Source: Ruminococcus sp. (GTDB lineage Bacteria; Bacillota; Clostridia; Oscillospirales; Ruminococcaceae). Taken from it: 64,000 nt of DNA. The translations under genes and the position numbers were made by a program. Numbering within the stretch: position 1 is the stretch's first letter; the number at the start of each line of letters is the position of its first letter. The notes below the pieces were generated by a model. It did no database searches. It had not been told where the DNA came from and saw only the letters and a program-made list of their open reading frames with translations. The stretch is taken from contig JAZQND010000121.1 in assembly GCA_045627145.1 (NCBI GenBank), forward strand, positions 24,507 through 88,506. The letters are read 5' to 3'. Shown one piece after another: positions 10,012-19,900 of this stretch.

Positions 10012-10197
10012 ATGAGCATGAAAACGGTTATTAACCCCGACAAAGAATTTGTGAGCAACCTAAGAAAGAAAATCAAGGCAAACAATGGTTTTTGCCCTTG
10101 TCAGCTTGAGAAGACGCAGGATACTAAGTGTCCCTGCAAAGATTTCCGTGAAACGAATGAATGTCACTGTGGGCTTTATATCAGTGTTGATGAGTAA
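10012..10197 (+). CDS. Ferredoxin-thioredoxin reductase catalytic-subunit-like protein
   Basis: CPC...CPC...CHCGLY signature. Confidence 0.8.
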   Translation: MSMKTVINPDKEFVSNLRKKIKANNGFCPCQLEKTQDTKCPCKDFRETNECHCGLYISVDE

Positions 10198-10208
10198 GGA
10201 GAATGTAT

Positions 10209-11279
10209 ATGAGAAAACTTGCAAGTGTACAGAGAATTGAGTGGATTAGACCAATTGAAGGCAAAGACAAAATTGCTCTGTATGGTATTCTCGGATGGTC
10301 TGTTATCTGTCAGAAGACAATCGGTAACGTTGGAGATTTGGTTGTTTACTGCGAAGTTGACAGCGTACTTCCGGAGAGAGAAGAATTTGAGTTCCTGCGT
10401 TCTAAAAAGTTCCATATCAAAACAATGAAGATGTCTGGCGTAATCAGCCAAGGCATTTGCTTCCCTATGTCCATCCTTCCGGAGAAAAAGGGTGGCTATA
10501 AAGTTGGCGACGATGTGACAGACATCATTGGCGTTACTGAGTTCGCAGAAGTCGTAGACGACCCCGTTGTTCCCGCCAATAATAAAAAGAAAAACCCGCT
10601 TATGCGTTTTGCACTTTTTCGCAAGCTCTTTGGTAAGAAAAAAGCGAAAGATTCCTTTCCTACGGAATACATCAGTAAGACTGATGAGACGAGAATTCAG
10701 TCAGCACCTTGGTATCTTGAGGATAAGGATACAAAGTGGGTCGCTACCGAAAAGGTTGACGGCACTTCCGGTACTTTCCTGCTTGTAAGAAAGAAGAATC
10801 TATTCAAGAAAGATAGATTTGAATACATGGTTTGTTCCCGCAACCGTCGCCTCCCCGTCAATGACGGCTCTGTCTATTGGCAAGTCTCTGATAAGTACAG
10901 GATTAAAGAAAAGCTGATGAACATGATTGGCGACCGTGAATGGATTGCCATTCAAGGTGAATGTATTGCTCCGAAAGTTCAGAAGAACAAATACGGTGTT
11001 TCTGAACCCCATATGTATGTCTTCAATCTGTTAACGCCGAAGGGACGTTGGGGCAGTGTAGCCGCACGTGACTATCTTGGCACTCGTGGCTTTGACTTTG
11101 TCCCCATCGTTGATGAAGATTTCAAGCTCCCCGATACGGTTGATGAGATGCTTGAAATTGCTCACGGTAAATCAATGCTTGCCGATACTCTGCGTGAAGG
11201 ACTTGTTGTCCGCTCTTGCGAGGGCATCATGTCTTTCAAGGCCGTTGACCCGAAGTTCCTGCTCAAGTGGGACGAATAA
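10209..11279 (+). CDS. RNA ligase (Rnl2/DRB0094-like)
   Basis: MRKLASV start, KTDETRIQ, TEKVDGTS, QGE, REGLV, SFKA. Confidence 0.85.
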   Translation: MRKLASVQRIEWIRPIEGKDKIALYGILGWSVICQKTIGNVGDLVVYCEVDSVLPEREEFEFLRSKKFHIKTMKMSGVISQGICFPMSILPEKKGGYKVGDDVTDIIGVTEFAEVVDDPVVPANNKKKNPLMRFALFRKLFGKKKAKDSFPTEYISKTDETRIQSAPWYLEDKDTKWVATEKVDGTSGTFLLVRKKNLFKKDRFEYMVCSRNRRLPVNDGSVYWQVSDKYRIKEKLMNMIGDREWIAIQGECIAPKVQKNKYGVSEPHMYVFNLLTPKGRWGSVAARDYLGTRGFDFVPIVDEDFKLPDTVDEMLEIAHGKSMLADTLREGLVVRSCEGIMSFKAVDPKFLLKWDE

Positions 11280-11292
11280 GGAGGATGTTATA

Positions 11293-11898
11293 ATGTCTGT
11301 ATTCAGTACATTGTTTAAGAAAAGTACAGGACGCTATCATAACGCCCACACAAATAGTTGCGTAGGCAATATTGTTGGCAAATTCTACAAAGTTCCGTAC
11401 ACTGAGTATAAAAATTCCGTACTCAAGTTCTTCCCTAACTCTGCCGAAGAAGAAATTCAGAAATCTTATGATGAAATCGTCCTTCCCACACGGGCAACTT
11501 CCGGTAGTGCAGGATACGATATTCATACGCCCACTTCATTTGTGATTGACCCTTGGGAAGAAATCACAATTCCGACCGGAATCGGATGCACAATTGAATC
11601 GGGTTGGTTCTTGATGATTGTCCCTCGCAGTGGTCTCGGGTTTAAACTGTATACCCGCTTGGCAAACACTTGCGGGATTATCGACAGCGATTACAGTGGC
11701 TCGTCCAATCACGGTCACATCATGGTGAAGCTTCGCTCTGAGAATATGGAGAAAAAACAGCTTGTTGTCAATGCTGGCGATTCGATTGCTCAGTCCATTT
11801 TTATTCCTTACGGTATTACATCCGATGACAATGCCACTGGTAAACGTGACGGGGGATTCGGAAGCACTGACGGAGGTAAAAATGCAACCAGTAATTAA
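11293..11898 (+). CDS. dut: dUTPase (trimeric type)
   Basis: SAGYD, PRSGLG, GIIDSDY, RDGGFGST. Confidence 0.92.
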   Translation: MSVFSTLFKKSTGRYHNAHTNSCVGNIVGKFYKVPYTEYKNSVLKFFPNSAEEEIQKSYDEIVLPTRATSGSAGYDIHTPTSFVIDPWEEITIPTGIGCTIESGWFLMIVPRSGLGFKLYTRLANTCGIIDSDYSGSSNHGHIMVKLRSENMEKKQLVVNAGDSIAQSIFIPYGITSDDNATGKRDGGFGSTDGGKNATSN

Positions 11899-12685
11899 GT
11901 GGACAGGAAGCAAACGCACTCAGTCTAAGCAAATCGTTTCTCTGATGCCAACAGAATACAACGCATATTTTGAGCCGTTCCTTGGGGGCGGCTCAATTCT
12001 TTATGAATTACATCCGCAAAAGCTTGCTATCTGCGGAGATATATGCGAACCGTTGATTGACTTGTGGAAGGTCATCAGAGATAACCCGTTTGAGTTGTCT
12101 GACGCTTACCGTGAACGTTGGCAAGAATTGCATGAAGGCGGTCAGCCTGTCTATTATGCGATAAGAAAAAGATTCAACGAAAACCAGAATCCGTATGACT
12201 TCCTTTTCTTGACACGCACTTGCGTCAATGGCATCACCCGCTTCAATCAAAAAGGAGAGTTCAACTCCGCTTTCCACATCACAAGAGCTGGAATCAATCC
12301 AGATACACTTGACAACGTGATTCATGATTGGTCTCAGCGTATTCAAGATGTTCGCTTCTACCATAAAGACTATCAAGAGTTGACAAGTTTAGCCGAGAAA
12401 GGCGACTTGATATACCTTGACCCGCCTTACGCTAATACAACTCAGATGTATTATGGCAAGTTTGACAACGAACCGTTCTTTGAATACCTTGAAGACTTGA
12501 ATCATCGTGGTGTCAAATGGCTACTGTCATATGACGGAATCCGTGGAGATAACGACTTGCGTGTTGATGTCCCCAAAGAGCTTTACAAACGAAGCGAGCT
12601 TCTGTTTTCCGGTCTGTCCGGTTTGAATCGTGTTCTGAACAAGACAACAGTCAGTGTGCAGGAGTCTCTATACTTGAATTATTGA
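11882..12685 (+). CDS. Dam-like (D12 class) DNA adenine methyltransferase
   Basis: IKWTGSK, EPFLGGGS, YLDPPY; target sequence not determinable. Confidence 0.88.
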   Translation: MQPVIKWTGSKRTQSKQIVSLMPTEYNAYFEPFLGGGSILYELHPQKLAICGDICEPLIDLWKVIRDNPFELSDAYRERWQELHEGGQPVYYAIRKRFNENQNPYDFLFLTRTCVNGITRFNQKGEFNSAFHITRAGINPDTLDNVIHDWSQRIQDVRFYHKDYQELTSLAEKGDLIYLDPPYANTTQMYYGKFDNEPFFEYLEDLNHRGVKWLLSYDGIRGDNDLRVDVPKELYKRSELLFSGLSGLNRVLNKTTVSVQESLYLNY

Positions 12686-12694
12686 GGTGTTTTC

Positions 12695-12925
12695 ATGAAG
12701 TACAGTGAGTTTAAGAAGTTCAAACAAAAGGAAGAAAGAACGCTCGATTCTTTAAAGATATATATCAGCGAAATACGATATAAGAATATGGATGAAGTAA
12801 TAGACTATTTGAAAAGAGTCCATCAATATGATGTTAAATACCATACAGATTACGAGCTTGCTTGTTATTTTGCAAAAAGATTTGACATACAAGTGGTTGA
12901 AGCGTCCGTATATTATATTGCTTGA
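12695..12925 (+). CDS. Hypothetical protein
   Basis: GAGGTG RBS. Confidence 0.55.
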   Translation: MKYSEFKKFKQKEERTLDSLKIYISEIRYKNMDEVIDYLKRVHQYDVKYHTDYELACYFAKRFDIQVVEASVYYIA

Positions 12926-12943
12926 TTGAAAATACATTTTCAA

Positions 12944-12973
12944 CGCCGTGGTTGAGTGCCACGGCGATTTTTT
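12944..12973 (+). terminator. Intrinsic terminator
   Basis: CGCCGTGG-loop-CCACGGCG followed by a T run. Confidence 0.7.
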
Positions 12974-13000
12974 AGGTTTCGCATTTTAGGAGATGTTTCT

Positions 13001-14191
13001 ATGATTGACAACCAAAGTGAAAAACTGTATACTAAACAGCAGTTGGCAGAAGCGATTGCCAACGCTTTGTCTTTTTTGAACCTTGACAATGGGATAGACA
13101 AGTGTGCAGAAGGAGCAAATGATATGCCGTCTTCATATCGTGAAATCTATTACTATGCAGAAGGTTCAGAAATCAAAACCGTCAGAATTAACGGAAAAGA
13201 CAAGCGTGATGCAGATGAAAAGTTTAAGAAGTTTCTTCTTAAAAAAGGTAACAAGGTTTCTGTAACACTCAAAGACTTCATCGATAACACGTACAGAGAG
13301 TCTTTTATCAGTAATCTTGCAGAAACAACGAAATGCACATATGAATATTATATCTCACACTATATTGTGCCGTTCCTTGGCGATATGGACATGGACAAAA
13401 TAACGCTCGGTACAATTCAACAGTTTTATGATTGGCTTGCAAATGGCTCTAAAAACGGGTTTAAGCAGGATATCAACTGTAAAACGATAGAACGTGTTGG
13501 CAACCTATGTAGCCGCATGTTTAAGGTCGCTGTTGAAATGAAAATCGTTGATGAATCGCCGTTTAAAATGAAGTTGATTCACAATAATGGCAAGCCCGCA
13601 GGACACCACGTAGCTCTCCCAGATAAATGTGTATCAAATGTAAAACAGATGATACCTACAATCATTGACGAGAGAGACAGGTTGTACATGGGGCTTATCG
13701 CTTACACTGGGATGCGGCGTGAGGAAGTTCTTGGCCTCACTTGGGATAGGGTCAATCTTGATGATGGTTATGGCGAGGTTAAAACGGTTGTTGTTTACCC
13801 CAATAAATCGCACTGCGTTATCAAGGAGAACCCGAAGACAGAGAAATCAGAACGAATTTTTGTTATTCCCACAGCACTCAAAGATATATTGCTTCCGTGC
13901 AAGAGAGACAGTGGCTTTGTAATTCACGGCAACACAAGTAATACACCTATTTCATATTCGACATTACAGCGGATGTGCAAGCGTGTGTTTGGCTTCCTTG
14001 GTATAACTGGGTATAACAACCACGATTGGCGGGCAACTTACGCAACACAGCTCAAAGAAAGCGGTCTGACATCTGCCCAAGTGGCTGACTTGATGGGTCA
14101 CGCAGATACAAGAATGGTTGAAACGGTCTATGCAAGAACAAGACCGGAGGGTGTGTTGAAGCATAAAAATGCGGTTGAAAATCTTGGTTGA
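13001..14191 (+). CDS. int: Tyrosine integrase
   Basis: TGMRREE, PKT, HDWR, MGH, VY catalytic residues; adjacent att core. Confidence 0.92.
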   Translation: MIDNQSEKLYTKQQLAEAIANALSFLNLDNGIDKCAEGANDMPSSYREIYYYAEGSEIKTVRINGKDKRDADEKFKKFLLKKGNKVSVTLKDFIDNTYRESFISNLAETTKCTYEYYISHYIVPFLGDMDMDKITLGTIQQFYDWLANGSKNGFKQDINCKTIERVGNLCSRMFKVAVEMKIVDESPFKMKLIHNNGKPAGHHVALPDKCVSNVKQMIPTIIDERDRLYMGLIAYTGMRREEVLGLTWDRVNLDDGYGEVKTVVVYPNKSHCVIKENPKTEKSERIFVIPTALKDILLPCKRDSGFVIHGNTSNTPISYSTLQRMCKRVFGFLGITGYNNHDWRATYATQLKESGLTSAQVADLMGHADTRMVETVYARTRPEGVLKHKNAVENLG

Positions 14192-14198
14192 AAAGTTT

Positions 14199-14286
14199 CC
14201 GTGGTACTTCGTTGGTACTTTGTAAACCAGCAACGCATTGAAAAATATAATAAATCTCTACACATCAAAATGCAACCGTGGTACTT
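14199..14286. repeat. Putative integrase arm-type sites
   Basis: CCGTGGTACTT at 14199 and 14276, TGGTACTT at 14213. Confidence 0.55.
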
Positions 14287-14367
14287 AGTGTTATGTATAT
14301 CATTATTCAGTGCATTTCTCCAAAACAAGAAATGCCCGAAAGCCTTGATTTTCAAAGCCTCGGGCAA

Positions 14368-14413
14368 GTGGGATTAGTAGGACTCGAACCTATGACCCCC
14401 ACGATGTCAACGT
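14368..14413 (-). other. attP core: 3' half of tRNA-Val(GAC)
   Basis: Minus strand ACG-TTGACAT-CGTGGGGGTCATAGGTTCGAGTCCTACTAATCCCAC; no D-arm or 5' acceptor strand; followed by TGCCCGA..TCGGGCA hairpin. Confidence 0.85.
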
Positions 14414-14582
14414 AAGTTTAATACAAAACATCAACTAAAAATTGTATATTCATGCAAAAATACAAAGCACATTTTCTATTCCATTGTCAGATTCATATCA
14501 AAACACCACCGTGTTGTGATGCTTTGATATAAACCCGATACATATTGAAAATGTATTTTCAAAAATTGAATATGGAAAGTGT

Positions 14583-14624
14583 AAAAATAAGGGTAATAGT
14601 TTTTCGCTATTACCCTATTTTTTA
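14583..14624. terminator. Bidirectional intrinsic terminator at the end of the late region
   Basis: AGGGTAATAG / CTATTACCCT stem with A and T runs on either side. Confidence 0.7.
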
Positions 14625-14627
14625 CTC

Positions 14628-16142
14628 TTACAGCCAAGGATAGGCATTATAGAACCTACTGAGTTTCATCGTCATTGTGAATTCCATTGGCGAGAAATCA
14701 ACTTCCTTAACCATGTACTGATAAGTATGTCCAGTCTTGGGCGATGTAAACTTAATCTTTTTGTTCACATCGAGGAATGGAATCATAACAGTTTTCAGTT
14801 CAACGTCCGTGTTTAGCCTTGCTTTGCAGTAGTTCTCATAAGCCCCACGCTCGTATGCAAGCTGAGTAGTGTAAATGTACGCATAGTCTCCGTCCCTCAG
14901 AACCTGTTTTATTTCTCCCTGCACAATTGTCTTACCGTTTCTGTCGCAAGCATACGGAGAATCGGGGTTAACTACATATTTAATGTCGTTGCAGTCGTTC
15001 CGTTCTTTGTCTTCAGCAATCTCCTGTTCGCTCGGCATCTCGTTCATTTCACGAACGATAACATGGATGAGCTGTTCACCTTGCAATCTGAATTTTCCTT
15101 CAGACAAAGCATTGTCGTAAACAAACTTGACAACATAAGCCCTGTTCGCAACCATAGTTCCAGCAGATAGGTCGTTTCCGTTGCTGTCAACGATTGGATA
15201 CTCCCCATCTAATCCGGATATGATGATATACGATTCGTCTGTATTTGCCATTCCAGTCACAAATGAATACGTGCTACCGCTCTCAATCGTTTCCATCTCA
15301 TACGGTATAACAAGTGTATACCTCACGACATCATCCGTCTTTGTAGACACGCAATTAGATGCAGTATACATGGCATCGATTTCCATTCCCCAAATCTCGG
15401 TAGTATTCTTAATATTACCAAGATTTCCCGAACGACCTTCGGATATAATCAAATCATTCATGACCGTTTCGTCAAGCAAAACAGGCTCGCTGATTCCAGT
15501 TGGTACTTGCTTGACGGTGAAAACGCCATCAATATCATAATACATCTCATAGTACGGGTACAGCGTCATGAGTTGATTGAGGATATCATAAGGGTAAATG
15601 CCAGCCGCAAACTCTAAATCATAAGGTACTGTATCTTCAAACTCGCACACATCATATCGTTTGAACGGCAAAAACCGTGACACGACAGAAATGATAGAGT
15701 TTCTGACGTTAGAATCCATAGGGATAATCACATCTGTACCAATCTGATTCCCACGTGCAGATGTTCCTGTACACATCAAATCAAGAAGGTTCAGCGTCAA
15801 ATCGTTCGTTGACGCATCGAAAGTTGATGTGTCTGTACTCAGTGCAAACGTTCCAAGCTTGTAATAAACAAACGCACCATTATGTTCAATCCCTATATAT
15901 GGAGCAAGTAGTTTATCAAGCCATGCGATTTCAAAGTCATCGTCAACGAAATCATCGTCCTTGACATTGATTACAACGGTGCAGGCTCGCCGTGTATCAG
16001 AGTCAGACATACAGTTGCAAGTGATAGACTTTGCAGTTCCTTCAAGCGTTTTTTCAACAAGATACAGATTGCTTAACAGCTCAAGCTTAAATTTGATATT
16101 GTATACTGTATTCTTGAGAATGTCGATATCAGTTTGTGTCAT
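14628..16142 (-). CDS. Minor tail/baseplate hub protein
   Basis: Downstream of the tape measure gene; YYDIDGVF and IPFLDVN motifs. Confidence 0.65.
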   Translation of the reverse strand: MTQTDIDILKNTVYNIKFKLELLSNLYLVEKTLEGTAKSITCNCMSDSDTRRACTVVINVKDDDFVDDDFEIAWLDKLLAPYIGIEHNGAFVYYKLGTFALSTDTSTFDASTNDLTLNLLDLMCTGTSARGNQIGTDVIIPMDSNVRNSIISVVSRFLPFKRYDVCEFEDTVPYDLEFAAGIYPYDILNQLMTLYPYYEMYYDIDGVFTVKQVPTGISEPVLLDETVMNDLIISEGRSGNLGNIKNTTEIWGMEIDAMYTASNCVSTKTDDVVRYTLVIPYEMETIESGSTYSFVTGMANTDESYIIISGLDGEYPIVDSNGNDLSAGTMVANRAYVVKFVYDNALSEGKFRLQGEQLIHVIVREMNEMPSEQEIAEDKERNDCNDIKYVVNPDSPYACDRNGKTIVQGEIKQVLRDGDYAYIYTTQLAYERGAYENYCKARLNTDVELKTVMIPFLDVNKKIKFTSPKTGHTYQYMVKEVDFSPMEFTMTMKLSRFYNAYPWL

Positions 16143-16912
16143 CAGTATGTCACCACCAATTTACCGTTTGAGTTAATGGTAAAGTTTGATGTAGCATCCG
16201 TATAACTCGTTGTCACAGGAGGATTGTCAAACTCACCAATTTGTGTCCAATCGAATGAAATCATAGAAGCTCCAATGAACTCAGAAAATTCCTCTTTCGG
16301 ACTTGCATCAACAGATATGACCCATGCATTACCATCATATGTCTTCAACAGCTTTGGATGTCCGTTTGCGAGCATATCCAAGAATCCGTTCTTGAAAATA
16401 AGCCAATCTTCCATAACGGGTTTCCCACACTGGTCAAACGGCAGGAACATTCCTCGTGCGCTCCCAGTGAAGTAGTCAGTGTCTGCGTTGGACACTCTTT
16501 TCGGGAATTTGCCAGACAGGGTTGTGATGTATGAAACTTGAGTGTTTTTCATTTTACTGTAATCATTATTAAAAAGCGATATCCAAGTGCCAGTGTCATC
16601 TGAGACGAATATTCCATCAAACTCACACTTGCACTGTGCAGTTACGCCCACTTGTTCTGTACCGTTTATAGTAGGAATAGACGCATACACATACGTGAAC
16701 CCGCTCCGTGTATCGGGGTCGAAAATTGTGAATGTGAAATCACTCATCTGAGTTATGGGAACTGTTTTGATAACTTTCCAAGTGCCATTGATGTATTTCT
16801 TCTTGACAACAACGGATGTTATGTCACCAACCGCCGTTCCGTCTGATACACAGCTAACTGTGATACCGCACTTTAGTTTATCATTAGTTGCCGTTATGGT
16901 TTGGTAAGCCAT
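16142..16912 (-). CDS. Distal-tail-like protein
   Basis: Immediately after tape measure gene; PKLLKTYDGN motif. Confidence 0.55.
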   Translation of the reverse strand: MAYQTITATNDKLKCGITVSCVSDGTAVGDITSVVVKKKYINGTWKVIKTVPITQMSDFTFTIFDPDTRSGFTYVYASIPTINGTEQVGVTAQCKCEFDGIFVSDDTGTWISLFNNDYSKMKNTQVSYITTLSGKFPKRVSNADTDYFTGSARGMFLPFDQCGKPVMEDWLIFKNGFLDMLANGHPKLLKTYDGNAWVISVDASPKEEFSEFIGASMISFDWTQIGEFDNPPVTTSYTDATSNFTINSNGKLVVTY

Positions 16913-16945
16913 AATCTCCCTCCTTGAAAATACATTTTCAAAAGA

Positions 16946-16967
16946 GGGGCGGTATTTCTACCGCCCC
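16946..16967 (-). terminator. Intrinsic terminator after tape measure gene
   Basis: GGGGCGGTA/TACCGCCCC stem abutting the 18-bp repeat. Confidence 0.65.
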
Positions 16968-16971
16968 GTTG

Positions 16972-19900
16972 TTATTTGCCAAGTTCCTGTGTGATATAAC
17001 TGGGAAGCTGATTTACAATTGCATCAGCCATAGCAGATACATCGTTCACGCCATTCAGCGTGATTGCACCGCTCGCAATCGTAATGTTGTTTTCTTGTGC
17101 CTTCGTATTCCCAGCAACAGCCTGTGCATTGAATGAGGCCAAAGCGTTCTTCGTTGCTTCATTCATTCCTGTGATAGCACCGTTCTGAAGCGCAGAGAAG
17201 TCAAACCCGTTTACAACATTGGAGACAGGGACAAGCTCGTTACCGTAATCATCGTACAGATTGCTGTCTGCCTTGGAGTTCTCCAAAGCTTTAATCTGTC
17301 TATCAAATGTGACATCGTCCAAAGCCTTTTGAGCTTCACGCACGTCAGATTCAATAGCTTCATAGTTGAAGCCACTGCCTTCACGATAAATCAAAGCACG
17401 TCTCTGCTTTGCCTTCTCAAGCCCCTCGATGGCATCCATCAGAGCGATTTGGTCTTTCATCTCATCGTTCTGCTTTTTGAGCGATTCAATCTGAGAGTCA
17501 ATAATAGAATCGTTCCATTCTTCCTGCGATGCCTTCGCAGACAGAATATCAGCATTGTTTTCGTTGATTTGATTATTGATTTCTTGATACTTTTCAGAGA
17601 GCGGGTCAAGCCCGTTAAGCTGTTGCGCCAACAGTTGATTCTGCTTCTCAAGGTTGTTAATCTGAGCCTGTGTCGCAGAAATCATGCTCTGATACAAATC
17701 ATCGGTAATCTCTTTACCCTGTGCATTACGAAGGTTAGAAATTCCGTCAAGTGTATTTTGCAGTTGACCAATCGTGCCAGCCACGATGTTAAGCCTGTCA
17801 AGCGGGATATTTCCGATTGTATCACTCATTTCCCCGAGCGAAGTTCTCGCTTCGGAGATAGAAGTAGAAAGCGTGATGAGCTTGTCAGAGTATTCGTTCC
17901 AAATCTCATCACCGACCAGTACAGTTCCGGAGGACACAAGAGAATCAAGCTCGTCCTGTAACTGCTGTCTTTCTTCTGTTAGTGTGTCAACGGTCACACC
18001 CAAATCATCGACAATCTTTGAATACTCATCAGCAGAAATTTCTTCACCATACTGCTTCTTTTCTTCAATTAACTGCTTATACAAATCAACATGACTATTC
18101 AGAATAGAACCAACATCCTCAAACTGAGAGATAATATTGTCAAGCTTCTGCTTTGAAAGAGTTTTTACTTGGTCATTCAGTGAGATGATATTGTTTTTTG
18201 CATCTTCAGCTTTATCAAACCACTTCTGATATTCAGAAATTGCGCTCCTTGTTTCCTCATCGTAACTCTCAATATCAATAGTTCCTTCACGAATCTTCTG
18301 AACGACATCTTCGGACAGCCTCAGCATAGAAGCAGTATCATCTGCCTGCTTCATGTAACGTTCAAAGGCTTGGTTATTCAAGTCAATCTCGTTATCAATG
18401 CTTGCCAACGCCTTATTCAGACCGCTGTTCTTACCCATATAGCTGATAGCTTTGTCAGCCTCACGGATAAACGCATCCGTCTTTTCTTTTGCGTTTTCCA
18501 ATGCTTCCGGAATCCAGTCAACAAGGTCTTTCATCCCATCAAGGATTTCCTTGATAGTCTTTTCGGTATTGCCGCCGCCACCCTTGTTCTTATTCGCAGG
18601 CTTAACGCCGCCGATGTTAGCCGCACCACCACCAGCTACCTTCTTTACAGCTTCTGCAATCTCGGTAATGATGTTCTTCCCGCCACCATCTGAATAATTT
18701 GCTCTATAATTTGTTCCAAGAGCAAATGCTCTGCCAGACTTTGATTTACCTCCAAACAATTTCTTTGTTTCGTCTGCATTGAGGATTTGGTCTCCACGGC
18801 TAAGATGGACAAGTTCAGCTCCGTTCTCACCAACCGTTCTGAAACTATCGCCATGAATCCATGTTTCAACGCCTGCTTCACCAACGATAGCATCTTCGTC
18901 CTTTGCATCCTTCGTACCCTTAGCCATCATGGCAATTCCGGTAGTGCCGATATACTGCCCTTTAACCTTTATTGTCGCAACAGTATCATTAATGGCTTGC
19001 TTTGCCGCATTCACAGCTTCCATCGCACCGCCAGTATCGGCGTTAACTTGCACTTCAAATCCCGTTTCATCCTTCAGAGCAGTCTTTACTTCCTCAAGCA
19101 TATCAGCGGCGGGCGGTGTAATATGAGAGTTGCCGTATACCTTTTCAATTTCAGCTACCGAAGTCCCAAGAGACTTCGCCGCATCATCAAGATTACCCTT
19201 TGCCTGTGCAGTGGCCTTAACAACGGCGTTCCACTTATCAAGGTCGTTGGAGTATGTATCCAACACGGATTTCTGAGCAGTCTTTGTTTCCTTTTCGTAA
19301 CCATAATAGTCACGTTCAGTACGTTCAAGTGCATCAGCCGTCTTGCTTCCGTATGGAGCAGGCTCGTAGTTACCATTCGTATCCTTGCCGTTCTTAACAT
19401 AGTCATTCCACTTGTTTTGAGTTTCTTCGACCGTCTTTTCAAATTCTTCTTCGGTGGGCGGTTCAACAACGGTTTTTACAAAAGCCGTATACTCTTTATC
19501 AGCAACAGCCTGTATTCTTTCCTCTGCCTCTCCGGAATTATCCTGCACATCAATCATGGCAGTCTTTCCATCAAGCGTGGACTGATTGTACGTATCAATC
19601 TCGCTGTTTACGGTTGCAAGGTCATCCTTGAGATTACCGCTCAACTGAACATACAATTCTTCGCTGATTTTGCCACCGTTGAACAATGAGTCAAGGTTCG
19701 CAATAGCACTTTGAATATCAGCAAGTTCCTGTTGCTTTGCCGCCAAATCCTCTGGAGTATTGATACCAACGGTATATGTACTCTGTTTGTTAAGCGTGTC
19801 AATAATAGACTGAATCTTTTCGGCATCACTGAGAAAATTAGCGTCAACCTCGCCGCCAATTTTCATTTCGGCAAGCGTATCGTATGCGCTCTTGATTTCT

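Noticed and set aside
14368-14413. Functional tRNA-Val gene
   Set aside because: The 5' acceptor strand and D-arm are absent; it fits an att core.
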